From Girardia tigrina (Eukaryota): a DNA stretch of 53,446 bases. Positions within the stretch are counted from its first letter, which is position 1. Every line of letters starts with the position of its first letter. The DNA is taken from contig MQRK01222116.1 of assembly GCA_001938485.1 (NCBI GenBank), positions 1 to 53,446 of the forward strand, read 5' to 3'. Positions 25,285 through 37,953 of the stretch are shown piece after piece. Under the pieces are notes generated by a model. That model was not told where the DNA came from. It was given only the letters and a program-made list of their open reading frames with translations, and made no database searches. The translations under genes were made by a program, and so were the position numbers.

Positions 25285-25698
25285 ATTATTAACAACATCA
25301 GTATGAGGTTTACAACATTTATTAATATCACAAGCGCATTCACTATTTGACATCTCTCCTGATCAATTTATTTCTGAGTTCAAACTAATAATTTTCAATA
25401 AATGAAAATCTGTTAATAAAAATTATTAATTATAAAGAATCTAATTGGTTGAAATTAAATCTAAACATTTTTAAAAAAGAACATATTAAATTAATATATT
25501 AAAATTTCAAATTACATTAAAAATAAATAATACATTCAAAAATTATTTTAAATCTTTATACTTTAAAATTAAATTAAATTATTTTAAATTAGTAGGAATC
25601 AAAGAAAATATCAATCATCCATCTGTGTAGGAGAGGCACAATCCGAATCAACATACAACATGCACAATATCAACAAACAATTCAAAACATTCCTCACA
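25285..25698. repeat. Right half of the TGTGAGG-family element
   Basis: Closely similar to 8545-8985. Confidence 0.75.
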
Positions 25699-25702
25699 GA
25701 TA

Positions 25703-26968
25703 TATCGGGTTGGCCAAAAAGTCATTGCGTTTTTTACTAAAATATTTATTATCAAAAAATGACATGGATGCACAAATATTTTTACACGATATACTGTCCA
25801 TTATTTTCAATCACTTTCTTACACCTTTCCGGTAGCTTCATTATTCATGATTCATAAAAACCTTTGCCTTTGTCAGCAAAAAAGCCGTCTAATAACGATT
25901 TGATGTCATCATCACTGGCGAATGTTTTTCTGTTTAAGGAATTCTGCAGTGATCTAAATAAGTGAAAATCCGATGAGGCCAAGTCTGGAGAATACGGTGG
26001 GTGCGGCAAAATCTCCCAACCCAATGATGAGAGTTTCTAGCGAGTGGTCAAACTTGTATGCGGTCTTGCGTTATCATGCTGAATTACAACTCCTTTTCGA
26101 TTTGTCAATTCAGGACGTTCCTGTTGAATTGAATGAGCCAATTTCTCCAGCTGACCACAATATCTGTCTGAATTGATGGTTTCATTCCTCGGAAGAAGTT
26201 CAAAAAACACAATTCCTTTAAAATCCCATCAGACGGAAAGCATAACCTTCTTTTGGTGAATTTCTGCTTTTCGGATCGTTTTGGCAAGCTCACCACGTTT
26301 TGTCCATGATCGTCGGCGTTCCACATTGTTGTAAACAATCCATTTTTCGTCACCCGTAATCAAGCGCTTCAAAAATGGATCACTTTGTTCTCGATTCAAA
26401 AGGGAATCGCAAATGTCTATACGTTTCACAAAATGAATTTCTTTCAGTTCATGTAGTAACCACATATCGAGTTTCTTTAAATGACTTCCAACACTTGATT
26501 TTGATATTTCCAGAGTCTCTGCAACTTCTCTTGTCGTCATATGTGGATTAAATTTGATCAGTGCTGTTATTTTGTCGCCATCAACTTCAACTGGTCGACC
26601 GGAGNNNNNNNNNNNNNNNAGATGAAATTTTTCAGAACGAAATTTAGAAAACCAGTATTGACACTGTCGAAGTTTTAAGGAGTCACTACCATATACAAAA
26701 CATATCTTCTTATGAGCTTGCACAGCGGTTTTCCCTTTACGAAAATAGTGCAACAAAACTTGACGAATATGCTCATTTTGATTTTCCATTTCCAATTGAC
26801 GGTAAAGTAATAAATTAAAACAAAATCAATTAATATTTTGCATAAACAGTCTGAAAATTGAGGTTTCAGAATATATAATTGAATTTAAATTTTATCACAT
26901 CGTTTTATATTTTCAAGCTTTTTATTAGGACCTACTCACAAACGCAATGACTTTTTGGCCAACCAATA
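25703..26968 (-). mobile_element. mariner, second copy of the 9232-10519 family, inactivated
   Basis: Near-identical sequence and TIRs but different flanks; same MLSV* stop; small in-frame deletion. Confidence 0.95.
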
Positions 26969-28320
26969 ATGTTTAATTGTACTCTATTCTGAATGGTTTG
27001 TAAACCTTAAAAAAACAATCTTAGAAGTAGCAATAAAGTATTAAATTTCAAAATAAATTAAATAAAGACCACGCTTATACTTTTTTTATAAATCTGTATT
27101 TTCCACCGCAGAGAACACAAATATTAACTAATATTTCCTATGAACGAATTCTACGGTTTCTGTAGATCGAAGCTCCATTTTAAATGACGTTCTTTAATGA
27201 GTAGGACATTGTCAATATCTGGATTTCGATTCTGAATCGATCATAATTGTCAGTAATTCGATCAATTCAGAATCGAGATTTCGAATCCAAAACTTGAAAG
27301 AGTTTTCCAATAGTGACAGTCAAAGCAGAACATTTTTGACAGAATAGTTTGGTGCCGATTACTGATTCGGAAAGCAAAATTATGGGGAAAGTTACGATAT
27401 CCCGGGTCTTAAAAATCAATATTTTTTTCCAAAATTCATCTTGACAAAGATATAACCGAATAAACTATAAATAGTAGGGAAACCAAAAATGTGTTTAGTG
27501 AAAGAAAACTTATTGAAAAAAATACGAAAAGAAGGAAGTCTAATGAAATAACCAAGTTTAAAAGTCAGATATAAATCTCTTGGACTTTGAAAACTCTTAC
27601 ATAATGGACATTTGTTAGTTGTAAAGTAAAATATTAAAGTATAAGAATAGATACATAAATAGATACATATAATCAATAAAATCAAACCAGGCCAAAAAAT
27701 TTATCAAAAGTGATTTTGATTTTTTCTAGGAAGTCGTTTTCTGTCAAAGTAAATATCTGATTATCTTCTGTATGAAATAAGAGTTTGTCCAAGATCTTCA
27801 CGACGATCGACTGTGATCCAGTAGCTGATCCGGTTAATGCGTAATGGAACTTTACTAGAATCTACAATGATTTACAAAATGATACCGGGCTGTAAGTGTT
27901 TACTTCACCTTCAACACTGTCTCTTGGCTGCCTGGCTTCAGTAGTGCGTTCCTCAGCAATTCCACCATCACCGCCACCGGATCAACCATTAATAAATATT
28001 CCAAATTCAACTCGATCTGGATATTTTAAAATTATTATTGGTGAGCTCATTTATGATTGTCATTTTTTATCGATATTGTTAATATCATAAACGGAATTCT
28101 GAGGTACAGGAACAATTGGAATGATGTGGACATTAGTTTATGAACAAATAATCAAATTTTGAGTTACTGGTCTAGGCACATTAAAGATGATTAAATGTAT
28201 ATTAAAGAGCATGTCCAAATACAGGGGTCCCCATTCCAATTAGTACTTCCCAAATAACTTATTTTTTATGAAACTGAAGACAAAATGGAATTAATAATTT
28301 TTAAGCGATATTATAAATTA

Positions 28321-30001
28321 TACAGTGTCGCTCAAATTAATCCGTCAGTACATTTTTTTCATATTATTTAAATTTATACAAAATTTACCAAACCAACCAT
28401 TCTTGAAATTTTACATGTAACTAATTTAAACATTGAGTCAATTTATCAATAAAAATATCTCATAAAAAATAAAAATTGAAATATTTATGTAAGATTTCCA
28501 AAAAAAATTGGTCGCTCAATTTAATCCATCATTACGTCATATCAATAAAATAACATGATACTGATCATCTATATTACTTAATAAGATTCTGCCCTTATGG
28601 ATACACCACTATCTATCCGTGAAATAATTATTAAAAAATATCATGAGAAGACAGATTCAAATTTCATTGGATACTGATATCCCTCAATCAACGATATCGG
28701 GTATCATAAAAAGATACAAAGAAACCGGTCAAATTGGAGCGCAACGAAATGGAAAATGTGGTAGAAAAAGAAAACTATCTTATCGAATTGACAGGGCACT
28801 CGCGAAGCAAGCTTTGATAAAACCTAAAGCAACCTCAAGGACAATACAAACTGCTGTTGGTTTGAATGCCATGAATGTGAGTCGTAATACCATCAAACGA
28901 TCAATAATAAGAAGTGGTTTATCTTCATATAGACCACTAATATCACCTTCACTGTCTAAGCGCCAAAAAGATGTACGATATAAATGGTGTAAATTGTACG
29001 AAAAGTGGGTATGTTTTTCTTTGGAAGAAGGTAGAATAAATAATGGTTATATTACATAATATTTTTTTTCATTAAATTTTATGTTCTTTTTTCCGATGAA
29101 TCTACTTTTGATATATGTCCTCCGCGAGCACAATATATAAGAAAAAGAAAAGGCCGTTTAATTCAAAATGAACACACAAGGCAACATTGACCATTTCTTA
29201 AACGAATTATGGTCTGGGGCTGCTTTTCAAAAGATGGAACAGGAGCCTTAGAAATAGTTGAATGAACCATGAATTCAGAAAAGTACATAAATATCCTTAA
29301 AAAGAACATGTTACCCCTAATGAATGAACGTCATTCAATTGGGATTGATATTTTTCAGCAGGATAATGCTCCGTGTCATAAGTCCAAGTCTGTAACTTCA
29401 TATTTAGAAAGCCAGAACATTACTGTCTTAAAATGGCCTCCATATGGCCCAGATCTCTCTCTAATAGAGAATTTATGGGCTTTTGTCAAAAGAAAAGTTC
29501 ACATTATGCATATAAACACCAAAGAACTCATAAATACAATACAAGATATATGGAGCAATGATCCGGACATTAAGGCTGCTTGTCATGGTCTCATCGAGGG
29601 TATTCCTCGACGAATCAAGCTTGTATTAATGCAAAAGGATGACCCATAAAATATTAATAACCCTTATTCGGTCTGTCTTTTTCTAATAAAATTTTATTAA
29701 GATTTTCTTTGTCTTGGTTTCTTAAACAATAATGTAATTATAATTTAATAAATTTTTACAGAAATGATAAAATTTTATTGATGTGACGCAATGACGGATT
29801 AAATTGAGCGACCAATTTTTTGGAAAATCTTACATAAATATTTCAATTTTTATTTTTTATGAGATATTTTTATTGATAAATTGACTCAATGTTTAAGTTA
29901 GTTACATGTAAAATTTCAAGAGTGGTTGGTTTGGTAAATTTTGTACTAATTTAAATAATATGAAAAAAATGTACTGACGGATTAATTTGAGCGACACAGT
30001 A
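28321..30001 (+). mobile_element. Tc1-family (DD34E) element with ~230-bp IR/DR termini and an intron-containing transposase pseudogene
   Basis: TA-CAGTGTCGCTCAAATTAATCCGTCA TIRs with an inner direct repeat; GRKRK, FSDES, FQQDNAPCH and WPPYGPDLSLIENLW motifs. Confidence 0.92.
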
Positions 30002-31352
30002 ATTTAAAATTATGTGGTTTTATTTTGTAACGCGTGAATCCACCTTGACTAATGCTCGTCAATAGCATCATTTCGCACATGAACCTCTTAATCTTCACTA
30101 AATTTCGGTGAACATGGTTCCATTGTACTTTCAGTCGGTAGTTCCTTGACCTGGGTTAATTTTGCGAGCGATTATTGCTTCTTTGTGTCATACTTAAAAT
30201 TCGCACAAAACCCCTTTCAATTGTTTTTCCATAATTCCTTTAATAGTATAAAATACCGTTAAATAAATTTGGTGGGGCTAAAAGTAGTTTTTAAAACAAT
30301 GAGCAAAGTACGCGCATTAAAACAATATAAAAAGGTGACGATGTGAAAAGGTCAATTATACAAATCTCATTCCTTTCATGCAACTTAATAGGAAAATAAT
30401 AATATTCCATTAATAGTCCTAGATTAAACATTAAAGATGTGAAGAATATTAACAAAGAATAGCTGAAATACCAAAAAAACAATAAATTCTCTCAAAAAAA
30501 AGATAAAACTGGCAAAAACAAAAGCAAAGATGCTGATAAGATTATCCATACTTGCAAGTATATGGTAATCCAGTTTTCAAGAAAGACAAGGAATGGTTGG
30601 CTTGACTTTATTAATCGCACAATTGTAAATTCTTTCTCCTATAAAACGAATCAAAAAACCAACTTCTTCTCTCCACCGTGGACATATTTGTGTTCGTGTT
30701 CTCCATTATCGCATCTGATTTATCACATTTTATTATCGCAATTATTATCAGGATTGATTATCTGAATCCCTCGACGGAGCTATTTGATATTCAAAATATT
30801 TTTTGTTATTGTAAAGATAGTAAGAATAGTATTAAGGGTCTAGTATAAGCAATACAGAATCTCTATAAAACAACAGTTTAAATAACCTAAAGTGAATCGA
30901 AAGGGTTTTGAATTATCTAGAACCTAAAATCATATACTCAACAATCTTTCAGGCACCGTCTTTATCTAGGAACCTGGACTGGCAGTGCAACACTTGGCCA
31001 TTGTGAAAATATGCATTTTACATACTAAAATAACACTTGTAGAACACCAAGTTTCTTTTTGAATTAGTGTACATTATTTTGGTCGAATTTACCTTGCAAT
31101 CAAGTTTGAAGTACCTTCATTTCTGCTTGAGATAACTCCACGTGTCGTCTATGCAAATTAAATCTAAATTGGATAAGAATTATTTCTAATGGCACCTAAA
31201 AACGTAGTTTTGGTAAATTGTAAAAGAATACTTCAGTTTTAAATAAGACCTTGATGGACTTGGATCTTACTAGGAGATTTTCAATTAAGCGAACTGTATT
31301 AGGCATTGCATATTCACCCAACATGTACAAAGTAATATTTGCTTGAAAGATA

Positions 31353-32825
31353 TTAACCCCTTGCCATAGAGTGGATCATATATGATCAAAATTAATTTTT
31401 CATAAGTTTATTACCCTTACTTATACCTTGCCATATATGAACCAAACTGTTTGTTCGGATATTCTATTGGGTTGTTCGGAAAGTCATTTCGTTTTTTTGT
31501 ATTAAAGTAAAAGACAAATTTTTATGACGAATAAATATTTTATTGAAATACATATTGACCATTGTGGTCCAATACCTTCTTCCATCTTCCTGGCAGTGAC
31601 ATGATTTCACGTTCAAGAAATATTTGTTCTTTGCTGCTAAAAAACTTTTCCAGGTGATTTTTAACATCTTCATTTGATCCAAAAGTGTTACCATTTAAAT
31701 AATTTTGTAGAGACCGGAACAATGATAATCAGAAGGTGCGAGGTGTGGAGAATATGGTGGATGAGGCATGGTGTTCCATCCAAGCTGTAAAAGCTTTTGG
31801 CGAGTTACCAACCTTGTATGATGTTTGGCATTATCTTTGTGAAACACTACACATTTTCTATTTATCAATTCTGGCCTTTTGTGTGTTTAAGGCGTTCATT
31901 TAATTTGTCCAGCTGATGACAGTAGACGTCCGAATTGATCATAGTTTTGTCCGTAAGAAGCTCATAAAATACGATTCCTCTGAAATCCCACCAAACAGAT
32001 AGCATCACTTTTTTTATGAATGTCAGCTTTAGAAGTGCTTTGAGCAGGTTGATCTTTTTTACTCCAAGATCTCTTGCGTTTTACATTATTGTAGACTACC
32101 CATTTCTCATCTCCAGTGACGATACGCTTCAAAAATGGATTATTTTCTTGACGTTTGAGAAGCATATCGCAGATGTCTAAACGACAGCATAAATTTCGTT
32201 CGGTAAGATTATTAGGAATCCATGTGTCGAGTTTTGATGTAAAACCTAGGCGCTTCAAATGATCATGGACGGTCGAATTATATAAATGCAATGTCTGGGC
32301 AATTTCGCGAGTTGTTATTCGCAGGTTTTAATCAATTAATGCCTTTATTATGTCTTCGTCGGCCTCAATGAGCCTTCCGGAACGTGAATAATCTTCAACA
32401 TCAAAATTTCCGGATCTAAATTTTTTAAACCAGTTTTGGCATTGGCGTTCTGTCAACACATCTTCTCCATACACTTCGCATAATTTTCTTTTTGCTTGTA
32501 CAACATTTTTACCTTTTCGGAAGTAAAAAAGTAATACATGCCGTAAATGCTGATTCTTGCTTTCCATCTTTGATAGGTCAAAAATCAAATATAAATGTTT
32601 TTAATTATTCCAAAATTTTCCAAATCTAACCTTGATTACCAACTGCTAAAATAAATAATATAGTCGATGATTATTAATATAAAAATACATTTAAAACAAA
32701 TATTAAAAAAAACGATGACTTTCCGAACAACCCAATACATGAAAAAATCATTTTTTTAAATAAAAAAATACGTATCCTATATTATTTTTTATTAAAATAA
32801 AAAGAATCCTGCAGTAAGGGGTTAA
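31353..32825. mobile_element. piggyBac-type MITE (TTAACCCCTT...AAGGGGTTAA) hosting a mariner
   Basis: Inverted TTAA-flanked termini; internal GATCATATATGATC palindrome. Confidence 0.65.
31465..32737 (-). mobile_element. Full-length mariner (mellifera-like) with frameshifted transposase
   Basis: TIRs TTGGGTTGTTCGGAAAGTCAT with TA TSD; MESKNQHLRH, VTGDEKW and YSPHLAPSDY motifs. Confidence 0.95.
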
Positions 32826-32838
32826 ATGGATTTGACAT

Positions 32839-33780
32839 TACAGGCATACCTTGTTTAGCGCTACCTCTTTTAGCGCTGTTTCGTTATAGCGCTCTTTTGA
32901 TTTTGATGACAGCGATCAATGTTCCATCAAAGAATTTTGGAAGAAATTTAATATCATGAATGCCATAGAAAATATCGGTTCATCATGGAATGAAGTGCAA
33001 CAAAGTTGTCTCAAAGGATGTTGGAACTGCTTGNNNNNNNNNNNNNNNNNNGAAGAAATAATTAATGAACTACCACAAGTTATTACAGAAATAACGGAAA
33101 TAGCAAATGATATTGGATTTGAGGAAGTTGATGAGGGAAACATTCAAGAACTAATTGAAAGTGATGACCACGGTATCTCCAATGAAGATCTAATAGCTAG
33201 TTTATCACAAATTCAGCCAGAAATTGCGGAGCCGACGCTAGAAACAGAAGATTTAACAGAAAATATTTCAACGAAAAAATGTTTGGAACATAATCTAAGG
33301 ATAATCCAAAATGCCTTAGAAGATTTAAGTGAAAATGATCCCAATTTTTGAAAGGTCCTGCGCTATAAAACGAGGAGTAATGAACACTTTATCACCCTAC
33401 ATGGAAATTTTAAAAGAAAAAAGAAAACTGTTTAAGCAAACAAGCTTACCCACATTTTTTTAAAAAAANNNNNNNNNNNNNNNNNNNNNNNNNNNNNNNN
33501 NNNNNNNNNNNNNNNNNNNNNNNNNNNNNNNNNNNNNNNNNNNNNNNNNNNNNNNNNNNNNAATTTATTTTCTAATTTTTAAATGAAGTATAAATGAAAT
33601 AAAAATTTTATTTCAAAATAAAAATACCATCTTTTTTATTTTTCACTTCAAAGTACCAAAAAAAATTGGTTAGGAACGTAACCGCATATTTTAGTGTAAA
33701 TATCACCTTTTTTAACGCTGTTTCTGTAAACGCTCAATTTTCAGGAACGCAATATGAGCGCTAAACGAGGTATGCCTGTA
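32839..33780 (+). mobile_element. Internally deleted Tigger element
   Basis: TIRs CAGGCATACCTTGTTTAGCGCT / AGCGCTAAACGAGGTATGCCTG with TA TSD; Tigger C-terminal ORF 32956-33351 (SWNEV...GCW...GFEEVDEGNIQELIES). Confidence 0.9.
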
Positions 33781-34814
33781 TTAGCTTTACTTAAAGGTCA
33801 TGATTGTAATTGTTATAAACATTGGTAATTTTTGATGAAAACTGCATTCTTCTTACTATAGTTTTTTTTATAAATATTTTACTTGTTACTGGTTTGTTTC
33901 AGCTTTTACACGCATTCTCTTTTTATTTTAAATTTTTGTCTTAATTTTGATTTTCTCCATTCGTTTTGGTTATGTGTGAATGTCGTATTAATAAATCAAT
34001 CAAAACTGTTTAGCTATTGATTATTGTACAGAACATTCTCTTAGAGTCTCCTAGACTGACTACGGCTCAAATAAATCGTGATAGCAAACATTGACAATCG
34101 ATAATTTGAAAATTTCAACAAAAATTTATGAGGAATTTATAAAATTGACAGATGGAAAAACAAACAAAACAGCTACTCATATTCGACGTACTTCATCAGA
34201 GTTTTCAGGGTCACCTGATAACTGATTGCAAGACTTTCTCAAAGAAGCTTTGAAGGTAACAGAAGAACAGAAAGGTTCATTTGATTGCAAGTGTGACAAC
34301 CCATATAAGGACTGTTGTTTCCATTCTGTCGACATGTTCAAGATGAATAACTTGAGTAACTTGAGTAATAAATTAAATATTCCTTAAAACATAACTGAAT
34401 AATGATCACTTTTATATGTCGGTGAGTAGGGAGATTCATATTGTTTATGAGGCCGATCCTTTTTGCAAGTCGGATACTCGTCGTCGGATCGGCGATCATA
34501 TCTGCCAGATTACAGAACTGTTCAAGAAATCTAGAAGAGCGAAGTACGCGATGACAATTATTTGTTAATTAATTACTGCTCTTCTACTGAACACTCGAAG
34601 ATGCTCGAATCGGTATACCATAAAAAAATTTCTAAAAAGATAAAATAAAAAAAATTATCATTGGAAAAATATCGGACAAATATTAAAAATAGTTTCACAT
34701 TGCTCATTGTAGTGAGTAAATCGAAAAAAAACAATATTATTTCAACTAGAATTTTGCAAATTTTACTAAGATTATTTTGATATTTTATTCAAAGAAATGT
34801 TTGTTTGTCGTTAA

Positions 34815-35795
34815 CATACGAGAGAATCATACGAGAGAATCATAAGAGAGAATCATACGAGAGAATAATACGAGAGAATAATACGAAAGAATCATACGAG
34901 AGAATCATACGAGAGAATCATGCAAGAGTCATACGAGAGAATCATATGAGAGAATCATACGAGAGAATAATACGAGAGAATCATACGAGAGAATAATACG
35001 AGAGAATCATAAGAGAGAATAATACGAGAGAATAATACGAAAGAATCATACGAGAGAATCATATGAGAGAATCATGCAAGAGTCATACGAGAGAATCATA
35101 TGAGAGAATCGTACGAAAGAATCATACGAGAGAATCATACGAGAGAATCATAAGAGAGAATAATACGAGAGAATAATACGAAAGAATCATACGAGAGAAT
35201 CATATGAGAGAATCATGCAAGAGTCATACGAGAGAATCATATGAGAGAATCATACGAGAGAATAATACGAGAGAATCATACGAGAGAATAATACGAGAGA
35301 ATCATAAGAGAGAATAATACGAGANNNNNNNNNNNNNNNNNNNNNNNNNNNNNNNNNNNNNNNNNNNNNNNNNNAGAATAATACGAGAGAATCATAAGAG
35401 AGAATAATACGAGAGAATAATACGAAAGAATCATACGAGAGAATCATATGAGAGAATCATGCAAGAGTCATACGAGAGAATCATATGAGAGAACCATGCA
35501 AGAGAGTCATACGAGAGAGTCATACGAGAGAATCATACGAGAGAGTCATACGAGAGAGTCATATGAAAGAATCATGCGAGAGAGTCATACGAGAGAATCA
35601 TACGAGAGAGTCATACGAGAGAATCATACGAGAGAATAATACGAGAGAGTCATACGAGAGAACCATGCAAGAGAGTCATACGAGAGAGTCATACGAGAGA
35701 GTCATACGAGAGAGTCATACGAGAGAATCATACGAGAGAGTCATACGAGAGAATCATACGAGAGAACCATGCAAGAGAGTCATACGAGAGAATCA
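34815..35795. repeat. 13-bp tandem satellite (CATACGAGAGAAT)n, about 1 kb, containing an N-gap
   Basis: Direct reading; the ORFs here are repeat translations with a 13-aa period. Confidence 0.95.
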
Positions 35796-36419
35796 CACTA
35801 AATATGCACGGTGAATATAAAATACAAGAGAGCTTTTATTGATGGAACGAATCACATATCGTTGGTTTGAATGCGCTATTTAAAATATTATTATAAAAGA
35901 AGCTAAACCTAAAAATAACTTGGTCCAAATTCTTTTATTTTATTATTAACAAAAGACGCTAAGTCAGTTAGTTTATTTGGTTAAACCTCATTTGTAAATG
36001 ACTAAAAAATAACAAAGAAAGGATAATATAATTTAAAAATGTAATTTTAATATTATTTTATGCAGTAAATAATAATATAAACATCAATGTTATCATATAC
36101 TCGGATCTTTGCAAGAGGCCGGGAATTATAATCTAAGGAACTCGAAGAAATGTTTTATCTTGTTTCGTCAAACTCTAAAGTAACAGCGGACCAGAAACAA
36201 GAACCGATTTTGGATTGACCAAACATTTGTAAAAGTCATCCTTTTACATTTGTGAATCGACAATTAATTTAGTGAATTCAGTTCCAATAACTCATAATTT
36301 GACAAAGATATGCTCGTGAATCAGCATCGAATAACTCACTTTGAAGAGCTTCATTCGAGAGAGAATGACCCATACTGTTAGTTTTTGTTTTTTATCCTTT
36401 TTCCAAGATTTCAACACGA

Positions 36420-37375
36420 CATGAAGATATAATCAATTTTTTCTAAACGCACAGTAAAAGTGAGACTGTAACAAAGTTGACTGGCATTCATTTTTCCAGA
36501 AGAGGTATATTATTAATATATGCAATAATACAACGCTATGAGAAGACCGGTAGCATTGAAAGAAAAGTAGGAAGTGGAAGGAAACCTGTTAAAATGACGT
36601 CAGACAAAAGGAAGAGACTTCTGCGGCGTGCAACTTTGACTGTTGGACAAAGTGTGAGAAAGTTAGGTAGAGAAATGAATGTTTCAAAGTCTTACGTGCA
36701 TAAGATACTCAAGACTAATAACATAGTGTTTCGAAAGAGGAAAGNNNNNNNNNNNNNNNNNNNNNNNNNNNNNNNNNNNNNNNNNNNNNNNNNNNNNNNN
36801 NNNNNNNNNNNNNNNNNNNNNNNNNNNNNNNNNNNNNNNNNAAATCTGTAGCTTCTAATTCGGATATTTATATCTCCGAGTGCTTAACGAAGCGTTTGCT
36901 TCCTTATCTGAATGAGAAATACCCAGCTGGTCACTTCATCTTCTGGCCAGATCTTGCTTCCTGTCACTACGCCAAATCAAGTCTGAAGTGCTTAGAGGAC
37001 AACAAAATTCCATTTGTCAAAAAAGATTCGAATCCACCTTGTGCTCCCCAAATACACCCAATTGAAAAGTTTTGGGCTCATTTAAAGGAGAAGGTGTATG
37101 AAAAGGGTTGGACTGCCGATTCTGAAGACCAGTTGATTCGCAGAATCAAAACTAAAGCAAAGCAGTTTAACAATTTATATTTTAGGATATTATTTGCACA
37201 TTTTAGACAAAGAATAATGCTTGCTAACTCTTATGGCCTTTATAGTTTGATATGATGAAATAGTTATTGTGTTATTATGATCTAGTCTTTGTTCAGATTT
37301 CCGTCAATTTGAAGGTCTAATTAAAAAGTTATGATGGTTTTAAAACTTGTGCACTTTTTTAGTGGACACACCTTA
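36420..37375 (+). mobile_element. DD37E (ITmD37E/TRT-like) Tc1-mariner element, partial
   Basis: GSGRKP; FWPDLASCHY...NPPCAPQIHPIEKFW with 37 residues between D and E; 3' TIR ...GTGCACTTTTTTAGTGGACACACCTTA. Confidence 0.85.
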
Positions 37376-37636
37376 GGAACAAAAACAAGACTCGATAACA
37401 ATTTAAATCCAATTTCTTGAATTTTAGGAAAGACGCATTAATCGGTTGAATAACGTTTAGACGTTATATGACGACTCCGGTCAATAATTATCTACAACAA
37501 GGTGAGACAAAGTTAAATTTAGATAACTTTATTTATTTTAATATTTATAATTATAAATGAATTTATTAATAAAAACTTCCACAAGAATTATTGTAACAAA
37601 ATATATTTATTTTATGAAATGAGTAAAAAGACAAAC

Positions 37637-37953
37637 CTTTTGTCCAAACTTTCGATTTCAAACACCAAATTAGAAAGTCAACGTGAATAATTTTGTTCGT
37701 GAAAATAATTTCATAATCCTTCTTCAATTTACGAGTGACCGTCTTGAGAAATTTGCGTGCAAATCGCTTCACTGTTTCAACATTCAAACCGAATTTTAAA
37801 GTTGGTACCAAAGAGAGAAGACTTTCGTCAATTACCGAGCTGAGAATCATATTGAGAACAATGCTAGAGCGAGCGAGGTAATAGTCAGAGATTATATCGG
37901 ACTTCTCGGACGAATTATGAGACTTTTCCATTAAATGATGGTGCATATTCAAG
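37637..37953 (-). CDS. Internal coding exon of the host gene
   Basis: atcattcag acceptor in phase 2 matches the 46743 donor; ~105 open codons. The donor is either AAG|GTTTGT (37637, phase 1) or AAA|GTTTGG (37650, phase 0, which joins 23251). Confidence 0.7.

Noticed and set aside
34805-35814. Repetitive ORFs or a CRISPR-like array
   Set aside because: Contiguous 13-bp tandem units with no unique spacers and no cas genes; the context is eukaryotic
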